The position numbers were made by a program, and so were the translations under genes. A DNA stretch of 33,674 nucleotides from Prevotella sp. (GTDB taxonomy: Bacteria > Bacteroidota > Bacteroidia > Bacteroidales > Bacteroidaceae), in the NCBI GenBank assembly GCA_022511055.1, contig JAFLSH010000001.1, positions 1 to 33,674 of the forward strand, read 5' to 3'. This document shows, in pieces, positions 1 to 9,500 of the stretch (positions are counted from its first letter, which is position 1; each line of letters opens with the position of its first letter). The notes under the pieces were generated by a model. The model worked only from the letters and a program-made list of their open reading frames with translations. It did not search any database and was not told the DNA's origin.

Positions 1-42
1 GTTAAGGCTCAGTGCGTAGCTTCGTACTTCTTCTATGTTCAT
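1..42 (-). CDS. MmcQ/YjbR-family DNA-binding protein, 5' end only (runs off window edge)
   Basis: Minus-strand ATG at 42 reads MNIEEVRSYALSLN, resembling the N-terminus of Bacteroidota MmcQ/YjbR proteins; only 14 codons are visible. Confidence 0.55.
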   Translation of the reverse strand, partial: MNIEEVRSYALSLN

Positions 43-108
43 GTAATTGATATTGGTGTTATGTTGTTTCTGCCGTTTCCGCAGAGTTGCGGGGTGTTTA
101 GGTGCGCA

Positions 109-1371
109 TTAGTCCGAATATGCCTTGCACCATCGGTGGAAGGGGAGAACGGTAATGCGCTTATCGTCTTTTTCGATAACCGTATCTTGTTCCCATGTGA
201 TGATAAGCATGTTGTCGCACTTCAGTTCTGCGGCACATTCCATGATTGAGTCCACTTCCCGCTTGGCGGTTTTGGGAGCGGTCATGTCGTAGCAGACCTG
301 TATCAGCTGCACAATCTGGAACTTTTCCCGCAGCACAAAGTCGGTTTCGCGGTTGTTGCGCGAATGATAGTAGAATATGTTCTCGCTGACCTTGTTCTTA
401 CGCCTGAGCAGTTCCAGAAACACAAGGTTTTCAAGCAGTCGGCCTCTGTTCTCAGAGGTTTGGAAGGCACTGGAGACCAAAAAACCGTTGTCGACAATGT
501 AGGCTTTCTGAGGGGCTTTCTGCATCAGCTTCAGCTTGTTGTTGTAGCGTGGCAGATAGAAAAACAGGTAGGTCTGTTCCAGATAGGCGCAGAATTTCTG
601 GAGCGTAGACTTGCTGGAGAAGCTAAGTTCTTCGGCTAATGTGGAGAAAGTGAACGGAGAGCAGAACATGCTGACCAGATAGGTGGCCAGCTGGTATAGT
701 TCTGTCGTCTTGCGTATCTTGTAGCGCTTGGCAATGTCTTTAAGAATGATAGAGTCGAACAGCGAGTGCAGATAGCTTTCGGTTATCTCTCTGCTGTTGA
801 TGATTTCCGGGTAGCCGCCGTAGTGCATGTAGTCGCTAACTTGCAGCATGAGGGTCGCTCGCTCGTCAGGTAGGTCTTCCGCCCAGCTTGCCTGCCGATA
901 GTTGAGGCATTCCGTCAGCGAGAACGGCAGTATCTCCATTTCAACAAACCGCCCGGTGAGTACGGTGCCCATCTCGCTCGACAGCAGTTTGGCATTGGAG
1001 CCGGTTATCAGAAGGTTATGTCCGCGGCGGTAGAGCTTTGAAACCCACAAATCCCAGTGGTCAAGATTCTGGATTTCGTCGAGCATCAAATACTCATAGC
1101 CGGGATAGACCTCCTGGAGTGCCTGCATGACCGCATCCTCGTCGAACTTTCCAAGTAGCTTCTCGTCGTCGAAATTCAGATAGGCGAAGTTCTTTTCTTT
1201 CAGCAGCAGCAGGGCAAATACGGATTTGCCAGCCCTCCGTGGGCCGGTTATCAGCTTTATCAGCGGAGATGCCATGAATGCGGAAGCCCTCTTTTGGTAT
1301 TCCCGCGGTTGGTATGCTTTCTGGAGCAGGCTGTCGCGTTCTTGGCGATGCGCTAAGATGATTGATTTCAT
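109..1371 (-). CDS. AAA-family ATPase (AAA_14 + DUF4143)
   Basis: 420 aa; Walker A GPRRAGKS, Walker B LMLDEIQ, and ITGSN, LTGR, GGYPE, YIVDNG, LENLV and ETDFV motifs typical of this family. Confidence 0.9.
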   Translation of the reverse strand: MKSIILAHRQERDSLLQKAYQPREYQKRASAFMASPLIKLITGPRRAGKSVFALLLLKEKNFAYLNFDDEKLLGKFDEDAVMQALQEVYPGYEYLMLDEIQNLDHWDLWVSKLYRRGHNLLITGSNAKLLSSEMGTVLTGRFVEMEILPFSLTECLNYRQASWAEDLPDERATLMLQVSDYMHYGGYPEIINSREITESYLHSLFDSIILKDIAKRYKIRKTTELYQLATYLVSMFCSPFTFSTLAEELSFSSKSTLQKFCAYLEQTYLFFYLPRYNNKLKLMQKAPQKAYIVDNGFLVSSAFQTSENRGRLLENLVFLELLRRKNKVSENIFYYHSRNNRETDFVLREKFQIVQLIQVCYDMTAPKTAKREVDSIMECAAELKCDNMLIITWEQDTVIEKDDKRITVLPFHRWCKAYSD

Positions 1372-1405
1372 GCTTTTTTGTGCAGTTTTTTTTGTTTGTA
1401 CTGGA

Positions 1406-1437
1406 CAAAATTAGCAAAATTTGTCCAGTATACCAAA
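1406..1437 (-). promoter_or_regulatory. Bacteroidota sigma-A promoter for the AAA/DUF4143 gene
   Basis: On the minus strand: TTTG (1437-1434), a 20-nt spacer, then TAATTTTG (1413-1406), matching the -33 TTTG / -7 TAnnTTTG consensus. Confidence 0.7.
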
Positions 1438-1514
1438 TATTTTGGCCAAAATTTATCGTTTTCGGGTGAATCTGCTATGATAAACTATGGGTTTTGCCCA
1501 AAAGCGGCGGTGCT

Positions 1515-2360
1515 TTATGGGCAGGAAGCATGGTAGCGCACCAGCTCAGGCAGCGGCGAGCGCTCGATGCGCCCCAACGGCCGCCCGCTGCGGCTCAGGG
1601 CCTCGGCCAGCTCGGCGCGGAAGTGGTAGGCTATGCTGCCAACGGCTGAGACAGGCAGGTCTTCACTGCCGTATGGCACCAGGTTGCGGTCAACAAACTG
1701 TAGGAAACTGTCGATAACCAACTGTCGCACAGCGTCTACGTGCAGGTGGGCATGAATGAACGGGGCAAGTGAGGCCAGCCAGCGGTTGGCCAGCGGCTGG
1801 CGGTAGACCCGGCTGATGATGTCGCCCTCGCTCATCTGAAGGCTGTCGAGCAGTTCGCCGCGCAGGGGTGCAGGCAGGCGGCCTTTCAGCACGGCGTTCA
1901 GGAAACGGGCACCCAGCACTGCGCCGGAGCCCTCGTCGCCAAGGATATAGCCCAGTGGCGGTGTGTTCATGACAATGCGGGTGCCGTCGTAAAGACAGGA
2001 GTTGGAGCCTGTGCCGAGAATGCAGGCGATGCCACGGCCGCGGCCGCAAAGGGCGCGGGCCGCACCGAGCAGGTCGCCCTCTGTCTCAACGGCATGGCAT
2101 TGGGGAAAGGTCTGCCGGAAAAGGCGCTGCATGCGCTCTTGCAGCTCTGGCCGCAGGCCGCTGCCATAGAAGTGAATGGCGGTGGCGGCAGAGACATCGA
2201 GGCGGGGGCGAAGCTCCTCGTTGAGAATGGCGGAAATGGCCTGGTCGTCTTGGTGAAACGGGTTGATGCCCTGGGTCTTGCAGGTAGCCACTACCTGCCC
2301 GTCGGCATCGACCAGACACCAGTCGGTTTTTGTGCTTCCGCTGTCGGCTATCAGTTTCAT
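1515..2360 (-). CDS. BadF/BadG/BcrA/BcrD-type (ASKHA fold) ATPase, N-acetylglucosamine-kinase-like
   Basis: MKLIADSGSTKTDW phosphate-1 motif, FYGSG, ILGTGSNS, LGYILGDEGSGA, VGSIA. Start reassigned to the ATG at 2360. Confidence 0.85.
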   Translation of the reverse strand: MKLIADSGSTKTDWCLVDADGQVVATCKTQGINPFHQDDQAISAILNEELRPRLDVSAATAIHFYGSGLRPELQERMQRLFRQTFPQCHAVETEGDLLGAARALCGRGRGIACILGTGSNSCLYDGTRIVMNTPPLGYILGDEGSGAVLGARFLNAVLKGRLPAPLRGELLDSLQMSEGDIISRVYRQPLANRWLASLAPFIHAHLHVDAVRQLVIDSFLQFVDRNLVPYGSEDLPVSAVGSIAYHFRAELAEALSRSGRPLGRIERSPLPELVRYHASCP

Positions 2361-2364
2361 GGCA

Positions 2365-2426
2365 CAAAGGTACAAAATATTTTTCTGATTCCTTCGTTCT
2401 TTATTGTAAATAATTTATTATCTTTG
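2365..2426. promoter_or_regulatory. Divergent promoter pair (BadF-type kinase / MscS)
   Basis: TACCTTTG on the minus strand (2372-2365) and TATCTTTG on the plus strand (2419-2426), both matching TAnnTTTG. Confidence 0.65.
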
Positions 2427-2448
2427 CACGCAAAATCAAGAAGCTGAA

Positions 2449-4800
2449 ATGAAGAAAGCACTTTTCGTACTGATAACTCTGACTTTTTGTGCGCTCCACG
2501 CCCATGCGGTGCTGAAGGAGAAAGACTTGGAACAGACACTTGGCATATTGCGCAAGGAGCTGACTACCAGCTACAACGAGCAGAACACCGAGGCCGAGCT
2601 GCGGCAGCAGCAGAACTCGGTCGTCATCCGCCAGCTGATGGAGACCATGAAGCGGTCGAACCAGAACGCGCTGATGCTCTACTCGCAGAAGGTCGACTAC
2701 GTGTTCGACCTGACCTATGCCTGCCATGAGGCCACGGAGCAGTATCAGCAGTTCCACCGCCAGCAGCTGCCCTTCAGGCAGTATATCGAAAAGACGGGCT
2801 ATGAAGTGGCAAAGTATGACAGCCTGATAAACAGCCTGGAGTCCATGCCCGTGAACATGCTGTCGCAGCAGGCGCGCATAGACCGCAGTGTCTGTCTGGC
2901 GCTGGCGACAAACATCAGGAACACGCTCATGGAGAACAGTCAGCAGATGACTGACTACATGCACTACTATGCCAACACCGAGCAGCGGCTGCGCTCGCTG
3001 AACGACTATGCGCTGAAGCGCTATAACGACATACAGACCAGCATCTTCCGCAATGGCGGCGCGGACTTCTACACCATTGTCTGCAACCTGCGGCAGTACT
3101 GGGATTCGGCATGGGAAGTGATGGGGAAGAAATACAAGCTGACCGGCAATGAGAGTGTGGAAAACATGTCGCAGTGGTCGCTCGGCTGGATTTTAGGGCT
3201 TTTTCTCGTCATGATGGTTTACGCGCTGGCGGCCGTGCTGCTGAATCAGTTGGTGTTCCGCTTCCTGATGCCCCGGCGGCTCAAGACTGAGGACTTCATG
3301 AAGAAGCGCTCGGCCATCATCATGGCCACCACCACCATCACGTTTGCCCTGATTATGGGCATCATGACCAACACGTCAGGCCAGAACTTCCTGGTCATGG
3401 CCTCGAACTTGCTCGTGGAGTTTGCGTGGCTGATGAGTGTCATCCTGGTGTCGCTGCTGCTGCGCGTGGGGGCAGACCAGCTGAACAATGCGTTCCGCAT
3501 CTATGCGCCGCTGCTCATTGTCACCTTCATCGTCATTGCCTTCCGCATAGCGCTGATACCCTCGGAGATGGTAAACCTGGTGTTCCCGATGGTGCTGCTG
3601 GCCTGCACCGCCTGGCAATGGCTGTCTGTGCGCAGGCACAAACAGTCGATACCGCGGTCAGACATGGTCTATACCTACATCTCGCTGCTGGTGTTCTTTG
3701 TGTCGCTGGGCTGCTCGTGGATAGGCTACACGCTGCTCTCGGTGCAGCTGCTGATTTGGTGGACTATGCAGCTGACCTGCATACTGACCATTACCTGTCT
3801 GTCGACCTACGTACACGCCTACGGTGACCGCCACGGTCTGGCAAAGGCGCCCATCACCAAGTCGTGGCTCTACTTGCTGCTCTACCGCGTGGTGTTGCCG
3901 ATACTGGGTGTGCTTTCGGTGATGGTGAGCATCTACTGGGCGGCCAGCGTGTTCAACCTGACCGACCTGTGCTGGCGGCTCTTCAACGCCAACTTCGTAG
4001 ACCAGAAGAACTTGCAGCTGTCTATCATGAAACTCACGGTGGTCGTCTGCCTGTGGTTTCTGTTCAGGTATGTCGTGCAGACCGTGCTGGCACTGATGCG
4101 CCAGCACTACGAGATTAGTGACCCGTCGACCGCTGCCTCAAAGGAAGTGATGGGGCGCAATGTCATTCAGGTGCTGGTCTGGGGCATCTGGCTGCTCATC
4201 TCGCTGTCTATCCTCAACATCTCCGTGGCCTGGCTGCTCGCCATTTCCGGCGGCCTGTCGACAGGTATCGGCTTTGCATCGAAGGATATCATCGAAAACA
4301 TCTACTACGGTGCCTCGCTCATGGCAGGGCGCATCAAGGTGGGCGACTGGATACAGGTAGACGGTACTATGGGCAAGGTGGCATCCATCAGCTACACCTC
4401 GACCATCATAGAGTCGTTGTACGGTGAAGTGATAACATTCCAGAACTCGCAGCTGTTCGCAAAGAATTACAAAAACCTGACCAAAAACCATGGCTATGTG
4501 CTGGCGGTGGTGCCTTTCGGCGTGGCTTACGGCTCTAACTTGAGGCAGGTGACAGAACTGGTGGAACAGGCTGTAGGCCAGCTGCGCCACCAGTGGATGG
4601 ACCATTCGAAGGCGGTGAAGGCCGTGGTGTCTGAAATGGCTGACTCCAGCATTAACTTCAACCTTTTTGTGTGGGTTGAGGCACCCAAGAGGTCGCATGT
4701 CGTCAGTGATGTGCTGAAATGCGTTTACGAGACACTGGGTCAGAACAATATTTCGATTCCGTTCCCGCAGCGCGATGTGCATATTATAAAAGAAACGTAA
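2449..4800 (+). CDS. Large MscS-family mechanosensitive channel with periplasmic coiled-coil N-terminus
   Basis: 783 aa; signal peptide, helical N-domain, many TM segments, and a C-terminal MscS core (GLSTGIGFASKDIIEN, IKVGDWI, GVAYGS, ISIPFPQRDVHI). Confidence 0.9.
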   Translation: MKKALFVLITLTFCALHAHAVLKEKDLEQTLGILRKELTTSYNEQNTEAELRQQQNSVVIRQLMETMKRSNQNALMLYSQKVDYVFDLTYACHEATEQYQQFHRQQLPFRQYIEKTGYEVAKYDSLINSLESMPVNMLSQQARIDRSVCLALATNIRNTLMENSQQMTDYMHYYANTEQRLRSLNDYALKRYNDIQTSIFRNGGADFYTIVCNLRQYWDSAWEVMGKKYKLTGNESVENMSQWSLGWILGLFLVMMVYALAAVLLNQLVFRFLMPRRLKTEDFMKKRSAIIMATTTITFALIMGIMTNTSGQNFLVMASNLLVEFAWLMSVILVSLLLRVGADQLNNAFRIYAPLLIVTFIVIAFRIALIPSEMVNLVFPMVLLACTAWQWLSVRRHKQSIPRSDMVYTYISLLVFFVSLGCSWIGYTLLSVQLLIWWTMQLTCILTITCLSTYVHAYGDRHGLAKAPITKSWLYLLLYRVVLPILGVLSVMVSIYWAASVFNLTDLCWRLFNANFVDQKNLQLSIMKLTVVVCLWFLFRYVVQTVLALMRQHYEISDPSTAASKEVMGRNVIQVLVWGIWLLISLSILNISVAWLLAISGGLSTGIGFASKDIIENIYYGASLMAGRIKVGDWIQVDGTMGKVASISYTSTIIESLYGEVITFQNSQLFAKNYKNLTKNHGYVLAVVPFGVAYGSNLRQVTELVEQAVGQLRHQWMDHSKAVKAVVSEMADSSINFNLFVWVEAPKRSHVVSDVLKCVYETLGQNNISIPFPQRDVHIIKET

Positions 4801-4815
4801 TATTTTCATGGAAAA

Positions 4816-4847
4816 GTTGGCAGATTGCACAAAAAAACGTATCTTTG
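4816..4847 (+). promoter_or_regulatory. Promoter for the kdsA operon
   Basis: GTTG (4816-4819), a 20-nt spacer, then TATCTTTG (4840-4847). Confidence 0.65.
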
Positions 4848-4851
4848 CAAA

Positions 4852-5619
4852 ATGAATTTGAATGATATGACGATTATAGCAGGCCCTTGCGTTATTGAAT
4901 CAGCTGAGTTGCTGGATATTGTAGCGACTGAGTTGGTGCGTATCAATGCGCTTTTGGGAACGGATATCATTTTCAAAGCCTCGTTTGACAAGGCCAACCG
5001 AACATCCGTGCGGTCGTTCCGCGGCCCGGGCATTGACCGGGGGCTGCAGATGCTGAATGATGTGAAGGAGAAGCACGGCCTGCGGGTGCTAACCGACATT
5101 CACGAGGCGTGGCAGGCGGAGCCGGCAGGGCAGGTCTGCGATATATTGCAGATACCTGCGTTTCTCTGTCGGCAGACAGATTTGTTAGTGGCAGCGGCCC
5201 GCACTGGGCGGACTGTAAACATCAAGAAGGCGCAGTTCCTGTCGGGGCAAGACATGAAATATCCTGTGGAGAAGGCCCGCGAGGCGGGAGCTAAGGATGT
5301 CTGGCTGACAGAGCGCGGCAACATGATGGGATATAACAACCTGGTGGTGGACTTCCGTAACATCAGCGATATGCTGCAAATCGTGCCAACGGTCATCATG
5401 GACTGTACGCACTCCGTGCAACGCCCGGGCGGCAGTGACGGAAAGACGGGGGGAGACCGCCGCTTCGTGCCGTCAATGGCGCTGGCCGCAAAGGCTTTCG
5501 GCGCTACGGGCTGGTTCTTTGAGGTGCATCCCACGCCTGACCAGGGATTGAGCGATGCGGCAAACATGCTGGAACTTGATAAGTTAGAAGAGCTTGTAAA
5601 ACGACTGTTAAAGGAATGA
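4852..5619 (+). CDS. kdsA: 3-deoxy-8-phosphooctulonate (KDO8P) synthase
   Basis: IIAGPCVIES, FKASFDKANRTS, QIPAFLCRQTDL, NIKKAQF, ERG, DCTHSVQ, FEVHP and SD motifs. Start could alternatively be 4867. Confidence 0.95.
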   Translation: MNLNDMTIIAGPCVIESAELLDIVATELVRINALLGTDIIFKASFDKANRTSVRSFRGPGIDRGLQMLNDVKEKHGLRVLTDIHEAWQAEPAGQVCDILQIPAFLCRQTDLLVAAARTGRTVNIKKAQFLSGQDMKYPVEKAREAGAKDVWLTERGNMMGYNNLVVDFRNISDMLQIVPTVIMDCTHSVQRPGGSDGKTGGDRRFVPSMALAAKAFGATGWFFEVHPTPDQGLSDAANMLELDKLEELVKRLLKE

Positions 5620-6563
5620 CAGCGAGAGAGTACGCCATACAGTGCATCAGAGATGAGGCCGAGGCCGTGAGAAGCCTTGCCGACAAGATTGATGAGAGCT
5701 TTGATAAGGCTGTCAACACGATACTTGCCTGCAAGGGAAAGGTCATTGTTACGGGCGTTGGGAAAAGCGGGCATATTGGTGCCAAGATTGCCGCCACGCT
5801 GTCGTCTACAGGCACACCTTCGTTCTTCATCAACCCGCTGGATGTCTTCCACGGCGATTTGGGGGTTATGACCCCTGAAGATGTTGTGCTGGCCATCAGT
5901 AATTCGGGGCAGACAGACGAGCTGTTGCGCTTCATTCCCATGCTGCTGCATATGAACATACCCATTATCGGCATGAGTGGCCACCCGAATTCGCTGCTCG
6001 CAAAGTATTCGACCTGTTTCCTGAATGTCGGGGTCGACAAAGAGGCGTGTCCGCTGAACTTGGCACCCACCAGTTCGACAATGGCACAGCTGGCAATGGG
6101 AGATGCCTTGGCGATAGCCTTGATGAAGGCACGGCACTTCAAATCGAAGGATTTTGCGCAGTTCCATCCCGGCGGCGAGCTGGGAAAGCGGTTGCTGACT
6201 ACCGCCAGCGACATCATGCGCACGGAAAACATCCCTTTCATCTCGCCGGATATGCACCTGGGCGATGCCATTATGGAAGTTAGCAAAGGGCAGTTGGGAT
6301 TGGGAATAGCGGAAGTCGGCGGGCGCATGGTAGGGCTGATAACCAACGGCGATATACGCCGCGCCATGGAACGCTGGCAGGCAGACTTCTTCAACCACGT
6401 TGTCAGTGATATCATGACAACGCACCCGCAGACCGTGAAGCCTGAGACAAAGGTGAGCGAAGTGCAGAAAATCATCAAGAAACACAAAGTCCACTCCGTG
6501 CCCGTAGTTGATGAGAATAATTGTGTACTTGGTATCATTGACCAGTATCTGAGTTTAATTTAG
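5616..6563 (+). CDS. kdsD: Arabinose-5-phosphate isomerase (KpsF/GutQ family, SIS + 2 CBS domains)
   Basis: GVGKSGHIGAKIAATLSSTGTP, HGDLG, SNSGQTDE, EACPLNLAPTSST, FHPGGELG, then a CBS pair; ATGA overlap with kdsA. Confidence 0.92.
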   Translation: MTAREYAIQCIRDEAEAVRSLADKIDESFDKAVNTILACKGKVIVTGVGKSGHIGAKIAATLSSTGTPSFFINPLDVFHGDLGVMTPEDVVLAISNSGQTDELLRFIPMLLHMNIPIIGMSGHPNSLLAKYSTCFLNVGVDKEACPLNLAPTSSTMAQLAMGDALAIALMKARHFKSKDFAQFHPGGELGKRLLTTASDIMRTENIPFISPDMHLGDAIMEVSKGQLGLGIAEVGGRMVGLITNGDIRRAMERWQADFFNHVVSDIMTTHPQTVKPETKVSEVQKIIKKHKVHSVPVVDENNCVLGIIDQYLSLI

Positions 6564-6589
6564 AATAAAGAGAATAACAAACAATACTC

Positions 6590-9500
6590 ATGATGAAGAA
6601 ATTGTTCATTGCATCATTGCTGTTGATACTGCCCATGGCCGTAACAGCTGTTTATCTTTTCAAAACACTTGATGCCAGGCGTGGCCTGACCAGTAGCCAG
6701 GTTAACTGCATTCTCAAGGACTCAAGGGGCTATATGTGGTTTGGTACGCCGGCCGGCCTGTACCGCTATGATGGCTACACCTTCAAGAACTTCCAATGCG
6801 ACTCCCAAGACGGCTCTTCGCTGCCTGACAGCTACATCAACTCCATCCAAGAGGCACTTGATGGTAATCTCTGGGTTCGCACCCCGTCAGGCTATTGCCT
6901 GTATAACCCGCAGACAGAGAGCTTTGAACGTGATATGAAGCTCGTGTTCTCGCGAATGGGAATAGAGCGAGTGCCTGCCATTGTCTATATCGACAAGCAC
7001 AAGAATCTTTGGGGCTATATTCCGAACAAGGGTGTTCTCTGCTATAACATGCAGCAACAGCTGCTATATGAGTTTGGTTATACAGATGATGCACATGGTG
7101 TGCCGCAGGGAAATATCTGCTCCATCTCTGAGTGCCGTGATGGTGCGCTGATTGTCTATGATGATGGGCGCATTGTCTGTTGTGATGTTATGCACCAGCA
7201 GCACACGGTGTGGGCCACCAGCGAGATTGCTGCGCGTAAGTTGCGCCGTTCCAGTTCGTTGCGGGCATTTGCCGACCAGATGGATAACATCTGGCTCTAC
7301 GGTCAGGGTACTCTTTTCGTGTATAACAAAAGCGCCAATAGCTGGAATACGGACTTTGGCAACAGGCTTGGGCTCACTGGCGTTGGCGTAGACAATGCTA
7401 TAAACGGCATGGGCAGCGATAAGAGCGGAAACATTTGGATTGGCTCTGACCGTTTGGGGCTTTTGCGCATGAATGCTACCACCTATGAGATGGAATCCGT
7501 TTGGGCGCGTAGCATCAATGATGTGCGGAAAAATGATGATGGTATTCGTGTTCAGAGTCTGTATATTGATGACACGGATTTGATTTGGGTTGGCACGGAA
7601 AAGTCGGGTGTGGCTTATTCCGGCAAGAGCATCTACCGTTTCCAGTCAAATCTTATCGGAGATGTAACGGCCATAGCCCAGGATGCCAATGGGCGGGTCT
7701 GGTATGGAACGAGCGATAAGGGATTGCTTGATTATAATGGAGAGCTGGCCAGCCTGAAAGTGTCTTGCATCACTTCTGCTCCTGATGGCAGCCTGTGGGT
7801 TGGCTCAAAGCAAAATGGTCTTACGCGCATCAAAGATGGCGCTACCCATGTCTACTCCTTGGCAAAAGACAGCCTGAAAACTCTGATTGATGACCATGTC
7901 AATGCCCTTTGCACAGACAAGGTTGGTAATCTCTGGATAGCCACCAGTGGTGGTCTGCAAGTCTATAACCACCGCATGAACACCTTCTCAACCTATACCC
8001 GCGAGAATGGAAAGTTGCAGACAAACAATATTACTGCACTGTTCTATGGCACGGATAACAAGCTGCTTATCGGTACGGGCGAAGGACTGTCTATCATGGA
8101 TCTTACAACTACTGAGATAAAGCACCTGACAGGCAACTCCACCCACATGAAGCCTTTCACCAACAACTACGTTACGCAAGTCTATGAAGATTCGCGTGGA
8201 CTTATCTGGGTGGGTACTCGCGAAGGTCTGAATATTCTGTATCCGCAGAATGACACTCTGAAGTATTTGACTGAGAAACAAGGACTTTGCAACAACAATA
8301 TTTGCGGTATCACTGAAGATAAGAAGCATAATATGTGGGTGACCACCAGCAATGGCGTAAGTCGCATTGTGGTGCAGCGTAATCAAGAGGAGTCATATAG
8401 CTATGGCCTGTATAACTATGACACTACTGATGGTCTTCAGTCAAACGAGTTCAATCCTGGTGCCATTTTGACAAAAACTGATGGAAATGTGCTTTTAGGT
8501 GGACTGCGCGGTGTGAACTGGACCAGCCAAGAGGTGAACTCTGACACGGAAACACTGCCCAAAGTGATGCTGACCCAGCTGTTCTTTGGCGAGCAAGAAG
8601 TGCTGACGGGGCATGAGTATGATGGTATTGTGCCGCTGCCGCAGGCTTTGAACGAGACCAACAAGATTGCATTGAAAAACAGCCAGAACACCTTTACCAT
8701 CAAGTTTGCCGCTGGTAACTACAACCAGAGTGAACGCCTGCAATTCATGTATTGGATGGAAGGATTGGATAGTGACTGGCGTAACGGCGATGCATTGAGC
8801 CATGGCGTAACCTTCCATGACTTGTCAAGCGGCAACTACGTGCTGCATGTCAAGGCCATCAGTGCAGAGGGCGCAGTCAGTAACCAAGAGCGGACACTTG
8901 AAATCCATATTGACCGCCCCTGGTATCTGTCGTGGTGGATGATTTTCATCTATGCCAGCCTTATCATTGTCATTCTTTACATTTGGAAGATAGGCATCAA
9001 TCAGGCCAAGGAAATCAAGAACCGCAAAGGCGCTGTTATCATGGAGCTGAAACGCCAGCGTGAGGAAATCAAGTCTACCGCAGACGATTTGCGGCAGCCA
9101 ATGTCTCGCATGGCCGGTATTATTGGCAATCTGTCTGAGAAGGAAAAGTCTTTGGAAGAGCGCGAGCAGCTTAATGCCCTGCATTCCCAGATGTTGCAAA
9201 TCATTACCCGCGTGAGCGACATGCAGATGGCACTGGAACACCCGGAGGAGAAGGCCAAGGCAGCAGTACATAAGCGCTATGAGTTGAACGCCAAGGGTGA
9301 ACTGGAACTGCCAGAGGCTGTGAACGAGACACTGACCTCTGAATTCCGGCCTCGCCAGAACGTTGACATGCCAACTGCGAAGTTTGTGGTTATCTTCATT
9401 GATGATAACGAAGACTTCCTCAAGTTCACCAGCGCGCGCCTGCGCAATGTCTACAATCTGCATGTCTACAACAACATTATCAAGGCGGCAGAAGACCTTG

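Noticed and set aside
1399-1430. Invertible (phase-variable) promoter
   Set aside because: The repeats are only 10 nt apart, too close to flip a promoter, and no recombinase is nearby; an operator is the better reading.
5100-6494. 464-aa antisense ORF over kdsA/kdsD
   Set aside because: It is a shadow of well-conserved sense genes, with no recognisable motif; such ORFs are expected from codon bias in GC-rich coding DNA.
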